DNA of 63,420 bases, filler included, from Polymyxa betae A26-41 (GCA_003693705.1; 6 parts of 6 records of this genome joined end to end with filler, not necessarily neighbours in it), one strand, 5' to 3'. Shown: positions 13,438 to 25,715, counted from the first letter of the whole stretch. The notes: generated from the sequence alone by a model not told the origin. Made by a program: numbers and translations.

Positions 13438-13795
13438 GTTTTCTATCCGCAAGTGGATAGATAGGCTGCGCATCCGCCAGCCTGCTGGCGGATGGAAAAC
13501 TGCGCCTTCCGCCAAACTCTTCCCTTAGAGCAACTCCACCGGTGGCGGTTATTTGGGCGTGTAAAACAAGAATCTGCGTACTGCGTAGCGGAAATTTGAC
13601 TGTCTGTGTATCACCGGGCTGCCGGTTATTTGGGCTGTTAAATTTCAATTGTATGCATTCTTTCTTGCAATGTAGCTATCTGTGTTAAAAATTTTGAACG
13701 TCGGAGGCTGCGCCACCGCCCGGTGGATAGTGCGCCGGTTATTTTCTGGCCGTTAAATTATAAAAACCGCGAGAATAACCGCCCCGGTCGAGTTG
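13438..13795. mobile_element. Hairpin-ended insertion upstream of BTB copy C; left ~80 nt recur at 51047-51128
   Basis: Absent at the equivalent position of copy D. Hairpins TCTATCCGC-AA-GTGGATAGA and CATCCGCCAGC-CT-GCTGGCGGATG; three internal CGGTTATTT..G..T.AAA sub-repeats. Confidence 0.55.
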
Positions 13796-14047
13796 CTCTT
13801 ACCAAGGACGGAGAGTCCGATGGCTTTTGAATTTGCTGGACGCCCTTTCTCACATCTTTCACAGCTAAAAATTCACAACTCTTCTCACGATAACATACCA
13901 TATGCATATGCAGCTTTAATAATGCATTTTTTGATACCAGAAGCACTTTCATTCGAATCACCGAATCTGTACAACCGGGACTGATGAAAGAGCTGTGGGC
14001 AAAATGCGAGCTAAACCATGAAATTTGCTATCACAACGGACACGAGT

Positions 14048-14094
14048 AAAACGTTTCGCTGCGCCCTAAAACGTTTCGCTGCGCCCTAAAACGT
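14048..14094. repeat. 20-bp tandem repeat (AAAACGTTTCGCTGCGCCCT x2.3)
   Basis: Read directly; single copy in the paralogous unit near 16668. Confidence 0.85.
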
Positions 14095-15197
14095 CTCGAT
14101 TGTGGACTTTTTCTGCAACGCTCTTTGCCTTTCAATGTCACGCATTTATTGTTTTTTGGCGTTTTAAAAGCGACCCTGCTAAGTGTGTGTGTGGTTTTGT
14201 CACCCAATGGATAGATAAAATTCGTTCTGATCTATTATTATCATTATCATCTACGTTCCACCCAGGTTTAGGAAAGTGGCGTTGCCAGGACGTCCTCAAT
14301 TAATGGTTCTGATCATGTTCTCTACCAGTCATTGATAACGCAACCCATCCCTTACACTACCTCCCCCAAAACAAATTCAGAATGAGGAAGTGAGAAATTT
14401 GTGTCAGCACGCGATAGAACCACCAGTAAAACCGTCCCTTATAAAACCCTGTGGGATGTAACCAAGGTTTGGAAAAAAGGTCTACTTTCAAAACAGTGCG
14501 TATAGCTGATTTTGACAATGATGCACGAATAATCGGCATTCATGGATGGTTTGGAGAATTGGATATGAAATTATCATCTAGCCACATCTATGAAGATATC
14601 GCGCATGCTCTGTGATTTCTTCAACACGGAATGACTAAACATGGTCCGGTCTAAACAAATCGCTCTGAGATCTGATATTGGGACCCGGAATGGGAATCAG
14701 CTCTATGTGAGTTGAAGAGAGAAAGAAATCCATTGCTTGGCTTATCCTGGACGTTCATCTGAGCAATGCATGATATTAAGATCTCGTTTTGGCATTGCTG
14801 GTCAGGCAAGGCACGCCTTGAAATTCAGACACTGTTAAGTGAATGGGATTTTTCTTCATCAAAACGAAGCCAACTTGCTTCAGCACAGTATAATCACCTG
14901 AGGCATGTAAAAACAGATTTTTTTAGTAGAAAAGGTGTTCCAAGCTCAGCTTCAACTTGTGCAGATTTTGAGACCATTTTTCTCAATTGCAAGTATGCCA
15001 GGAGTGCGTTAATAGACATTGTAAAGCCATTTATTGAAATAAAAGGTATTTTGACACCTCTCTCATGGCTTCAGTGATCGGCGGTTCTGACAAAATTCTG
15101 GACACCTATTCTCGTAATGTCACACTTTTGATGGCAACGTGAACTTTGGAGAGTTTGGCGTCGTTTATAGAATATTTCGTGTGGGATTTGGTCGAGT

Positions 15198-16090
15198 TCA
15201 GAAAGCTCTCGCAGGCTTCCTGAGTTCGCGGTAACGTTCGGCGATGGCTCGATACATGAACGCGTCAGCACTCTCGTCGGAATCGAAAGAAATCTTGAAA
15301 GTTTGAAGATTTGCCATTTCGCAGTCAGTCGTTGCAAAACTCCAACTACTGATCATTCCGCGAACAACATCTTTAAACCATTCGACCCTCTTCGGGTCCT
15401 TAATATGAAACCGTAGAGGCCAGCCATTTGGTTTCGGGATTTGACATGATGCATAGAAAGCAGCAATCCAGAGCAAAAAGCATTTTGATCGATTTTTAAC
15501 AACATCTGCGAAGTGCTCCGGGTCAAGTTTATACAGCTGTGGATTGTAAATATATTCTTTAGGACGTGGTGACAGAAGTTTCCGCAGAGCCTGAAGAGTT
15601 TTTGTTTGCGAATATTTCTGGCAAAATAAGGCCACGTTCAGAAGATGTTTTGCTTCAAATGAGATAGAACTGAGCAGATCGTCGCACACTGCCGATACCG
15701 AAGGCGATATCATGAACTCAGCGATCTGAATGACAGAAAATAGTTCCTCGAGGTTGTCCGTACTTAGAGAGAATGAAGTCCATAAACTACTTTTAAGTAG
15801 ATCTCGAACCAGAAGGAGATATTTTGGCCTTTTGTCACGTACAATCCGTCCGGAATTTCGATTTTGGGGAGATCAATGGTGACAGTAGAGATGGAATTTT
15901 CACATTCCGCACTGCCATCTGGATTCTTCAGAGGCCACTGAGCGAATCGCTCCAGATATTGGCTAATTGGAATCATAATATCTCGACAGCAATAAAAAGG
16001 GGTTTCATCAACAATCAGTTTCAAATCACTGTATCTGGCCTGGTTGAATATGGCCTGGGCAACTCTGGCAAGATTGCAATTGGCAGCCAT
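15198..16090 (-). pseudogene. BTB/POZ copy D, +2 (CT) frameshift near 15765
   Basis: CATTCTCTCTAAG versus CATTCTCTAAG in copy B; the two ORF halves align to copy C. Confidence 0.85.
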
Positions 16091-17435
16091 CTGCTGATTC
16101 GGGCGGAAGGATAAAGTTTCGGAAGTGTTGATGCCTCCTCACCCTTTGGAAGCCGATGGAAGAGAAAATGGCGGATGTGAGACCAAACAACGGACACCTT
16201 TTATGAAGACGCTGTCTGTCCACTGGCGTCTAAGAAGCTGGTTCAAGAGCAAATTGCGAATCCGCAATTTATCAATTTTCAGACAAAACTAGGATGAATA
16301 GTGCATAAGCAGTTTTTAAAAGTGCGCAACTGTGACTATAAGTGTGCGTACGCCAATATGGATGTTGGACTTTGTATTCGCATTTCTAGCCTAGGCATCA
16401 CTTTTTCCACCACGGAGGGTCCGTTGGCCTTTGAACTTCCTGACGGTCATTTCATCGTCTTTCACAGTTTGGAATTCTCCATCTTCTCACGATATCCATC
16501 CATCTGCACATCAGGCCATGAATATAGCATTTTTTGAAAAACAAAAACCAGTGATTACCTGAAGCACTTTCTAGCTAATCACCGAATCTGTACAACCGAA
16601 ACTGATGAAAGAGCTGTGGGCAAAATACGAACCAAACCATGAAATTATTTATTACAACGGGCACGAATAAAACGTTTAGCGGCGCCCCAAAAGCTGATCA
16701 CTGTCATGCACTTTATTGCTTCTTGGCATTTTAAAAGTGCGTCGATATGTTGCATCCTGATTCCTGACCGTCTCCCATAGAAACTTAGTCCTTTAAAATT
16801 CCGGGTACATACGATTTTTTTTTGAAAAATCGAGCGACGTTGCATGATTCCTGACGATGAAATCTATATAAAAGCGGCCTTTGCTTCAATGTACAATTGA
16901 TTCCGGCTGATTCTTAGCAGATCTTCTCCCCATCATACTAATCACCAATTTATGACAGTATAGGTGTCCGTGGTACAAAAATTTCCAGATCCGGCACATT
17001 AAATCAGTTTCTATTTGCTCGATTCTTTGCGGAATTTTTCCGCATGAACCAGCCTCCAAGTTTACTAGTTGACAGAGTGTAGACCTATCGAAGTACCGGT
17101 ATTCAGTTTTGAAAGTAGTCTCTGGACCAAATCCGTATGTGGGGTTGCACCGCCGTACCTCTTCAACTGAATATTCTTCCACGAATGGTAATTTCTTACA
17201 ATTGGTACCGTGTCATATAGCATCGGAACTTCGTCAGACATAAACTCCCTTGGCCTGACTCGACACAGCTGTACGGCTGATTAATGTATCACCAAAAAAG
17301 CAATGCTTCCGCGCTTACTCGAACCGGGCACCTGAGGGTTTCAGAGACAATAAGAACAGCAAAAGACACATAGTGTATTGGCTAAAGGACGTTGGCGTCA
17401 TCGCAATCCACAATTTCCTGACACAATCTATCCTC

Positions 17436-18367
17436 TCAATATTTATACCCGGCTTTTCTGAGATCGTAAGAATGCTCAGCAATGGCTCGATAGAGAAATG
17501 CGTGATCACATTCAGCAGGGCCAAACGTGATTTTGAACCGTCGGAGATTTGCAATATGAGAATCGCTTGTTGAAAGATTCCAGAATCGGATTATGTAGCA
17601 CACCACATCTTCGAACCAGTTGACCATTTCGACGTCTTTGATATGAAATGTTGGAGGCCAATTTCCATCCTCCGGAACAGTACGTGATGCATAAAAAGCG
17701 GCAATCCAAAAAGGATTCGAATTCCGACAGAGTTTCTTGACGAATTCCGAGAAATATTTCTGTTCAATCTCGTACAGCTTGGGTTGTACATGTACTGTTG
17801 AATATGTGGTGAAATGAGGTTGAATAAAGATCGTACAGTTGCTGATAAAGAAATTGTCTGACATAACAGCGCCATATTAAGAGCTTGGTCAGGTTCGATC
17901 TCAAATGAGAAAGAACTTAAAACGTTATCGCAGATTGTTGACACAGAAGGAGACATCATGAACTCAGCAATCTGAGCCACAGCGAATATTTCATCGAGCT
18001 TCTCGGTGCTCAATGAATGAAGACCATGAGCAACTTTGAAATAGACCTCAAACCAAAAGACCTTGCTGTGGTCGCCAATCGGACCAATTCCGTCCGGAAT
18101 CTGTATATCAGGAACATCGATATTGACGGTACTGATAGAGTCATCCCGATCGACACATTCAAATCCATGATTCTGAGACCACGCAGTAAAACGCTCCAGA
18201 TATCTGCTGATAGGCACCATCACAACCTGATAGCAATAAAACCGAGTCTCATCAACGACCAGCATCAGGTCGCTGAACTGGGCCTGGTTGTATAGGACCA
18301 GGACGACTCGGACAGCGCCGATTTCGTCTGTTGCGCTCGGATTGTCCGGCAACTTTGGCGTCGCCAT
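17436..18367 (-). pseudogene. BTB/POZ copy E, -1 frameshift near 17780
   Basis: AACCCAAGCTG versus AACCCAAAGCTG in copy F; both halves align to the family. Could be a homopolymer sequencing error. Confidence 0.8.
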
Positions 18368-18648
18368 CCATTCAGCGGTTGAGACTGTTGATGTTTTCCG
18401 GTTATCAGAGTGGAACCCAGTTCAGACCCTTTTTCAAGAAAATAGACGCCTCGGACTATTTCAGAACTGTCAGATACGCAGTTTTGCATTGGAATTTTCA
18501 AATTGGCTGATTATTTAAAGCTTTCACCATTTATGGATCATTCTTTCTGTTTTAATACAGTACATATTGATTAAAGGCTGCCAGCAACCCTGTATGCTTC
18601 TCTGTTAATAGCCTCAATTTTTCCCAGGAGTACAGCCCCAATAGGATA

Positions 18649-19256
18649 CAATCGTCCCTCTCTATATCGACACTGGTGGGGTTTTCTTTATAACGGCCTT
18701 TGTCGTTATAAACGTATATGGGGTTCATAGCGGACTTTGGACCATTTGTATGTATTAACTCGCAGCAGTCAATGAAATCGTTTTCTCAAGGTCTGTTTAT
18801 CGAATAGATACAAAATTCAAGCTTTACAAAATTTAAGAGGCTCTGCTGGCAGTGCTTGGTCGTTACCCCGAAAATTGCTTAACAAATCTTCGATGCTGTT
18901 CGATTTGTCGTCGTGTAAGTCAGTTTGCGCACTGAATTCTCGTACCTCCTAATGTCAATTACAATGCCAAAAATAGTCCAGCGCAGACCAGATAACCCAA
19001 TCTTTCAGAAACCAGCTTTGCTAACCCTCCCATCTGGCGAGTCTAAGGGTGACGAGGCAATGGTAGAAAATGAAGTTTGTATTGTTAAAGATCGAGATGA
19101 TAATCAAAGAGCCCCATAATAATCTCATCTGACAGATATGGGCCGCGCCGCCATGTCACTGCTGTCGTTGTAGAGAATCCATCCGTAAATAGTAACATTA
19201 TCGGGCTTCCATGGAGATGTCGTTATAAAGAGTGTCGTTATAGAGAGGGAGGACTC
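18649..19256. mobile_element. pogo/Tc1-mariner-derived MITE, copy 1
   Basis: TA|CAATCGTCCCTCTCTATATCGACACT ... AGTGTCGTTATAGAGAGGGAGGACTC|TA; homologous to 59159-59834. Confidence 0.85.
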
Positions 19257-19389
19257 TATTATACAGACAAATGAGAGATACCAATAGTGCGTTTACGTTT
19301 CAAAGCGCTGAGTCTCCTCATTTTGGAACTTTGATTTACATCGATCTGAAAACCAAGATGGAGTCGTCCATGCCTGACGCCTCTGAAGC

Positions 19390-19560
19390 TGCAAATGATT
19401 ACGAAGCTAAAGGCGCTGAGTATTGACGAGCGCCTGCTGGCGATGCTCTCCGACAAAGCGGGCCCAAGAAAGGCACTTTGCAGAAGGCCGCAAAGATGTT
19501 GGCGCCTCACTGGAAAACATTTAGCCGCATTTGGAAGCAAGGACAGACTTATCTAGCACC
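19390..19560 (+). mobile_element. Mariner-like transposase N-terminal HTH remnant
   Basis: Across a frameshift: KALSIDER... and KKGTLQKAAKMLAPHWKTFSRIWKQG, like oomycete mariner HTH domains. Confidence 0.45.
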
Positions 19561-19687
19561 TGGTGCTGCTCTAAAATCCGGCACATCATCAGACAAGAGT
19601 TGCAAATGCTGGAAAACTGTAACTCTCACTGTCTTGAGCTAGAGATACTGTTTCTTATGGACGAACTGCTGTTTTAAATGATGAAAC

Positions 19688-20090
19688 GGATTGGATTGGA
19701 TTTATCTAGATTTACACCCATATATGAGCGTGGTAGGCGACGAATTTACCCTTGTGCAGGGCGTGACCCCTCACGGAATTCTCGAGTTCATATATTTTTG
19801 ATGTAACTTAGAAATTACGCCTTCTTGGATACGGTGGTCTTGATGGGACTCAGACACTCAGTCACTGGGGCGCCTGACCATGTCGAAATGCAGTTCAACC
19901 ATCAGGGGAGCTTGCTTGTAGCTTGCTTTCGCCCAAATCCAGACAACTTTTATGAAGGCGCCGTTGCCAGTTTCCAACGGCCTCTAAGAGTACTTGTAGA
20001 AGTGAGTATAGACCTGCCAATGTGAATAGGGTAGTCACTGGACCAATCCATAGAGGGAGTCGCACCCCAGTACTCCGCTAACTTCACAGA
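19688..20090 (-). mobile_element. Probable non-LTR retroelement 3' fragment with (AATCC)n tail
   Basis: GGATTGGATTGGATTTATCTAGATTTACAC; the same terminal ~30 nt recur at 53064-53093. The 5' boundary is uncertain. Confidence 0.4.
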
Positions 20091-20347
20091 TTGGTACCGC
20101 CTGGATGATGTTTGACAAAAAAACGCGATGTTGTCGGGTTGACTCGAACCCGGGACCTTATGATGACAGAGACCATTAGACTGATCAGAACTATCAACAA
20201 TAGTAAGTCTCTGTATGATCAGTCAATCTGATGAAAAAGTCTAGAAAGAGCCACGTTGTGTATTGGCTAAAGGACGTCTCCGGCTTCGCAATCAGGCATC
20301 CAATTTCAACTGCTAACCACAATTTCCTGTCAAATTTTATCCTCTCA

Positions 20348-20754
20348 TCATTTATGCCCGGCCTCTCTGAGGTCGTAGTAATTCTCAGCGATGGCTCGAT
20401 AGAGAAATGAGTGATCACATTCAGCAGGGCCAAACGTGATCTTGAACCGTCGGAGATTTGTAATCTGAGCGTCGGTCGTTGGCAGATTCCAAAATCTGAT
20501 AACAAAGCACACCATAGGTTGGAACCAGTTGACCATTTCGACGTCTTTGATATGAAATGTTGCCGGCCAATTTCCGTCCTTCGGAACAGTACGTGATGCA
20601 TAAAACGCGGCAATCCAGAGCGAATTTGGAGTCCGACAGACTTTCTTGACGATTTCCGAGAAACATTCCGGGCCGATTTCGTACAGCTTTGGGTTGTACA
20701 TGTACTGTTGAATACGAGGTGAAATAAGGTTCATTAGAGATCGTACAGTTGCTG
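20348..20754 (-). pseudogene. BTB family copy F: 3' half only, fused to unrelated GC-rich coding sequence
   Basis: ATVRSLMNLISPRIQQYMYNPKLYEI...FLYRAIAENYYDLR aligns to copy E; homology stops abruptly at ~20754. Confidence 0.8.
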
Positions 20755-21025
20755 GTGTCTGTTTTTACCGAATGCAGACAGGTCGCCGATCAGACCCGCG
20801 ACCCGATCGAGGTCGTCGTACCCGCCCTGGGCCAGCATCTGGTCGGCGAGACGGACCAGGACAGGGAGAGCGGCCGATCGCAGCTGAGCTCGGTGATGAG
20901 GGGCATCACGGGCGGCGATGGCGGCGGCGATCTGGTCGAGGTCGGTCCCGACCAGGACCAGGTCGCCGTCCAGCATAATCCACGGATTGCGGCGGAGTTT
21001 GTTGCGGCGATCCACCGCATCGGTC
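20755..21025 (-). pseudogene. GC-rich fragment of an unrelated gene
   Basis: WIMLDGDLVLVGTDLDQIAAAIAARDAPHHRAQLRSAALPVLVRLADQMLAQGGYDDLDRV has strong GC3 bias; neither end is complete. Confidence 0.5.
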
Positions 21026-21081
21026 TAGCAGGATACTTCTAAAGCACAGATGCTTTGGTTGTTGACGATCAACAGCAAGAT

Positions 21082-21173
21082 GCCTCTTTAGCTCAGTCGG
21101 CAGAGCGTAGGTCTCATATCCAATATAAACCTGAGTCATCCTGAGGTCGTGCGTTCGATCCGCACAGGAGGCA
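21082..21173 (+). tRNA. tRNA-Met(CAT), elongator type, 19-nt intron 21119-21137
   Basis: Acceptor GCCTCTT/AGGAGGC; D arm GCTC/GAGC; anticodon stem TAGGT/TCCTG with U31:U39; T arm GTGCG-TTCGATC-CGCAC; T-run terminator at 21178. Confidence 0.95.
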
Positions 21174-21861
21174 TTGATTTTTTTTGCAAATCTGGAATCC
21201 TGCCTAGACTGTCTTGAAATGAGAGAACAGACACCAACATAGTTAGGTACATGATAAGGGTTGAAGAAATGCTTGGTTTATTGATTTTGCACACTGTTAT
21301 GTTAGCTACCAAGCTGTCGGCCAATCCAATAAAAAATCCTTTTCAGACTCAAGTCTTAGAATGTTTTGTTCTTTGGACGATTTTGCTCGTGCCCTTCGTT
21401 AACCTTGCGCGCCCTTCAAACTGAGATCTGAGTCAGGCCTATTTACTAAAGAGGCTTTGGGAGTAGCCATGAACTGTGAAAGTGGTCTATGATCCATCTC
21501 TCTCAAGGGGTCGAGCCAGACTCAGGAGTCAACTGAGAGGCGCCCGGCTCCCCGACCCCAAACAAAATCGATGAAACACGCCCTTTCGCACAGCCAAACA
21601 CCGAAACCCTAGGTTCGAGTCTGACTTGGTCAGCCCTTCTACGCTCCAACACTTGGTCGATCCCTATGTCCGGGGTAAAAATAGCCCCCCGCGGGAGTTG
21701 GCAGGGCCCGGGTGCGGCCTCCTGCCTGTGACCGTTAGACCATTGCTCAAACGTGGCGCACTTCTCGCTCGCCTTCCGCCTCTCCCCGATTGACCTTCTG
21801 ATGGTCGTGCCGGCTCTCAGGCCCGGGCCGGGATCAGATTGCCCGGCAGAACGGATTCGAC

Positions 21862-23295
21862 ATGCAAACCTCGACAACGATCGTCGTCGTCCTGTGTGCC
21901 GTGCTGGCCCTCGGCGCGGCCGCGCGCCCCGCCTTCCCTCCTATGATGGCGCCGTCGTCGTTGTTGCTGTCACCGGCGGATTCTGGCGGCCTTCTGAATC
22001 CCGTTCGCGCCGTCATTCGAGGTCGTACCTGCCCAGGGTTTTGGTTTGCTTGCAGTGGTGTCTGATATTAGGGTTTAGGGCTGGCGAGATTGGTTGGAGG
22101 AAACGAGCGATTCCGGGGGTTCAGTCCGGCCCCGGCTCCGGTTCCGTTTGATCCTGATCACACATTAGCAAATGTTTTAGGTAGATAGGGGACCGAGCGT
22201 ACAAAGGGATGCTGTATTGAGCTGGTGATTAGGATATACGGCTACCGTGACTGGGATGATACCGAGTCTTCCGCAATTCTACAAGAACTGGAAAGAGAAG
22301 CGGGGTGATGCCATATCCATGGATCTGTTCGTATTCAGGTAATCATCCGCCATTCTTGTAATTCATTCATTCTAGTTTTCACATGTTTCAAAATTTTCTT
22401 TTCTAAGTACTAATTCTTTCTTAACAAATGCTCTCAATCTATCAACAAAGTTCAGCCCCGAACTCTTTCAATCGGCTATCAAAATTCTTAATGTTTTTTC
22501 GCTTATTTTTTTTTCGTTAATGGTTCTCCAGTTTTTTATATAAATTTCAGATGTTTTCTCTTCATTATCTGTGATGTATGCTTGTAGTTGTATGCACAAT
22601 ATATGACCGCATCTGAATGTGTGATTGTTAGGGGTGCAGCCTGTCTTGTAAACTGGATCGGAAGCGTCATGTGCCGCGAGCCGCTCTACAACATCATCAT
22701 GAACTTCTACTTCTGTCTCGAGACCACTCTCTTCATCGCCACATCCATCTACTATAACCGCAACAATAAGGCCAATTCTGCCTCTGCTGCCACCATATCT
22801 TCCATCATTGTTGCCAGCGCCCTCATCTTCACGCCCATCATCGTCTACGGTGTCGGCGGCGCCGTCAATAACGACCGTCACGGCGTCGAAAACCTCGTTG
22901 GAACAGTGTGCCTTTGGATGTCGAATATGCTCTTCGTCTGGTCGCGAATCCCGCAGATGTACATGGCCCATAAGACGAAAAGCGTCCACGGCGTCTCTCT
23001 GGCCATGTACATTCTATTAATCGCGAATAACATACTGTCAGGGTCCAGTATTCTCATCCAGAACATCGCCGATAAGGTCCCGCTCTCCGTGATGGTGGTC
23101 GGGTCTTCCGCGGCGATTTTCTTCGGGACGTTCGGGCCCGTCTTGCTCGATCTGATCTATCTGTATCAGTATTGGCTGTATAGCGGAAAGGCCGCACCGT
23201 ATGCTGTCCCGGACTTTGGGGAGTACTCGCGGATCGAAGAGATCGACGACGACCTTCCGGTCTCTGATACCAATGTCAAAACAGAAATACAATGA
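21862..23295 (+). CDS. PQ-loop (PQLC2/cystinosin-like) transporter, multi-exon; in-frame TGA at 22226-22228
   Basis: First PQ loop IPSLPQFYKNWKEKRGDAIS (exon ~22190-22338). Second loop WSRIPQMYMAHKTKSVHGVS and conserved LLDLIYLYQYWLY. Signal-like exon MQTSTTIVVVLCAVLALGAAA; its splice junctions are uncertain. Confidence 0.8.
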
Positions 23296-24067
23296 GGGAT
23301 TTTGGTGCTTTTCCTTTTGCTAGGGTTTAGGGTTTTTGCGCCTGTATCGAAGGGCAATTGATATTTGTATCCTGAAATATCTCTTTATAGACAGATTCAG
23401 CTTTTTCCTGTACCTTTGCAATTAAGTTGGGATCAGGCGCAGACAGACGCTTCTATCGATATCGTTTTCCAACTTAATTTCACGTTACGATTAGAAACTA
23501 CAATTTCTTGTTACGAGACAGTGCGAATCGCGTTTATGTTTACATCACCTACAATACAAATACAGAGTTGAAATTTAGTAGTGAAAGACGTTGCCGAGAC
23601 GATCTCCGGTTTGAAGCAGCAATTCGGTTGAAACCCTAACCCTAACATATCCCGAGGGGTACTAAACTTATTCCGGTAAGCGACCTCGTTTACCGAACTT
23701 GTCAAAATGTGGAATGGGGACGAAAGCCAGCATGGCACCATGATTTCGTCATATAAGCTGCAAATTCAAATTCAAAACTATCCAGAAAGATAAACACGAA
23801 GCAAATTTGCAAACTTCCCTGTGACCGAAATGCGTTGAGAAATCACTTTATATCCGTCAAGAGCTCAAGTAGATTTCATCGTTGAAATTGTTTTACAGAA
23901 ACTATAAAAAAATAAATTCGTGAAAATTCAATCAATGAAACATAAACTCAAAACTTTCGCGACCAATGCACCAGTATGGCTCACTGATTCAACACAGCAT
24001 GTTTTTGCAAACAATTCTTTGACTGCTGAGCACGTACATAGGTGTTATATATAGCGAAAGGATAGTA

Positions 24068-24131
24068 AGCCGGGTAGCTAGTAGGTGAGCCTTTTAAGGG
24101 TTAGGGTTCAGGGTTCGAGTCCTTGCTGGAT
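24068..24131 (+). pseudogene. tRNA-Lys(TTT)-derived pseudogene or SINE head
   Basis: AGCCGGGTAGCT-AGTAGGT-GAGC, CTTTTAA loop and AGGGTTCAGGGTTCGAGTCCTTG are colinear with eukaryotic tRNA-Lys(UUU), but the anticodon stem is lost. Confidence 0.6.
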
Positions 24132-25102
24132 TAGGCTGGTCCCTTCCCTACCTCCTCATGGCTCCATAAGGTCCTACAAAATCGACCGGACATGGATTCA
24201 ATTCTCATAGATGAATGAAATACTGCCAGCTCAGGACAATAGACTCCCGAAAATCACAAAAGCCCTCTTGGCCTTGTGATATGAACAGACTGCCCATTCA
24301 GGTCAACAACAAGTCGGCCAATCCAATCCAATCTTGTGAAATGCTGGATCTAGTACGACAGCTGCCCCTTTCTGGTCGGTGGTTAAATCGGAAAACGAAT
24401 AGCTCCATCAGCAAAGTGATTGATAATCGGTGGATCAATTCCTGATAGCTGCTAAGATAGAGTACAGCCAATGTAGTATCGATAGGCTAGCAAACCTAAA
24501 AGCCACCGGATTGAAAGTTGTGCTCCGGTCTCAGCCATTTATAATCTGCGTCCTGAGACTCTCTATACATGGCTCGACTTGCAAGTGAAGAAAGTGAGTA
24601 TGTCTTTGGGTTTTAGTTGGGCCGTATCAGAATATAGAACAGTTCAGAAAAGCCAGAACATTCAGCAAGCTGGCTGAAGTTCGATACAGACCATTGTTTT
24701 TGATTGACAGAAGCAAAATGAAACATGCTAAACCCAGACCTCGTTACAAATTTCGGCCAGACTAATGGAACAGTATGACTTGATATATCAACGCTAGCCT
24801 CATTCAGTTAATAATGATTCTACGAGCAGGAGACGATGGCGATCTGAGGTCAAGTACTGTCGGGGTCCATGACCAATCACATTCCGAGTCAGGTAGGGGT
24901 TTTAGGGTTCAGCCCCGAGTCGCGCAAGCTTTCTGTTCCATGCGCGTTTTCGGCCCTGAGCGCTATTTATATCGCAGGAGCCAGGTCGCCCGAAGATTAT
25001 TAATAGGTTGCACATCAGGGGCTCCGCGCACACACGCACCATCACCCCATCACCCCATCACCCCATCACCCCATTACGGTCGCCCCTCACCCCACCACCC
25101 CC

Positions 25103-25468
25103 ATTACGGTCGACACCATCGACGACGCCGGCATGCTCCATATCGCTCGCATCCGTGGCCCACAGCTGCTGCAGTCGGTCATGCTGCCCCGCGTGCTGGC
25201 CCGGCGGTACACGCGCAAGGCCGAGATCGCCGGCTGGACGGCCGCCACCCTGTCGGTCATGGCCCTGACCTGGCTGCTGTGCTGGGTCATGCTGACCCGC
25301 GATCGGGCCTGTACCCGCCCCTATTCGACGAAACCCGAGACCAGGCCCGCGATGACCACGGAGACGCTCGAACAGGATTCCGGTACGACGCCGTCGATCT
25401 CGAAGATGGACACGACCCGGGACGGTGCCGTTCTGTTGCCGCCGTCGCATTTTACGTCGCCACCATGA
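25103..25468 (+). CDS. Small single-TM hypothetical protein (3' exon or fragment)
   Basis: GC3-rich frame with TM segment IAGWTAATLSVMALTWLLCWVML; AATAAA at 25521; start obscured by CACCCCAT repeats. Confidence 0.45.
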   Translation: MTVDTIDDAGMLHIARIRGPQLLQSVMLPRVLARRYTRKAEIAGWTAATLSVMALTWLLCWVMLTRDRACTRPYSTKPETRPAMTTETLEQDSGTTPSISKMDTTRDGAVLLPPSHFTSPP

Positions 25469-25634
25469 TTATCGTCAAGACATGGAAACTGTGCTCGAAT
25501 CGCAATCGGTCATCGTTTTCAATAAATAAAAAAGCGTAACATATCTCGTGAGACAATATTTCGCTATAATTGTAGCGACGTTCATCTGATAATTTAATAC
25601 TAAACTGGTCCGAAACAAAGCTCAAAAAAGATCT

Positions 25635-25715
25635 CTATAAGAACTTCAATACAATTCGGCACTATAAGCACTTCAATACAATTCGGCTCTATAAGAACTT
25701 CAATACAATTCGGCA
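25635..25715. repeat. 27-bp tandem repeat x3 (CTATAAGAACTTCAATACAATTCGGCA)
   Basis: Three near-identical adjacent units, no spacers. Confidence 0.92.

Noticed and set aside
21600-21850. RNase P/MRP RNA on the minus strand (GACCAAGTCAGACT, TGAGCAATGG)
   Set aside because: No proper CR-I (GGAAxxTCTGAG) and no P1 pairing; more likely the GC-rich promoter of the PQ-loop gene.
25635-25715. CRISPR or guide-RNA array next to a nuclease
   Set aside because: Pure head-to-tail triplication with no variable segments, and outside the TIR.
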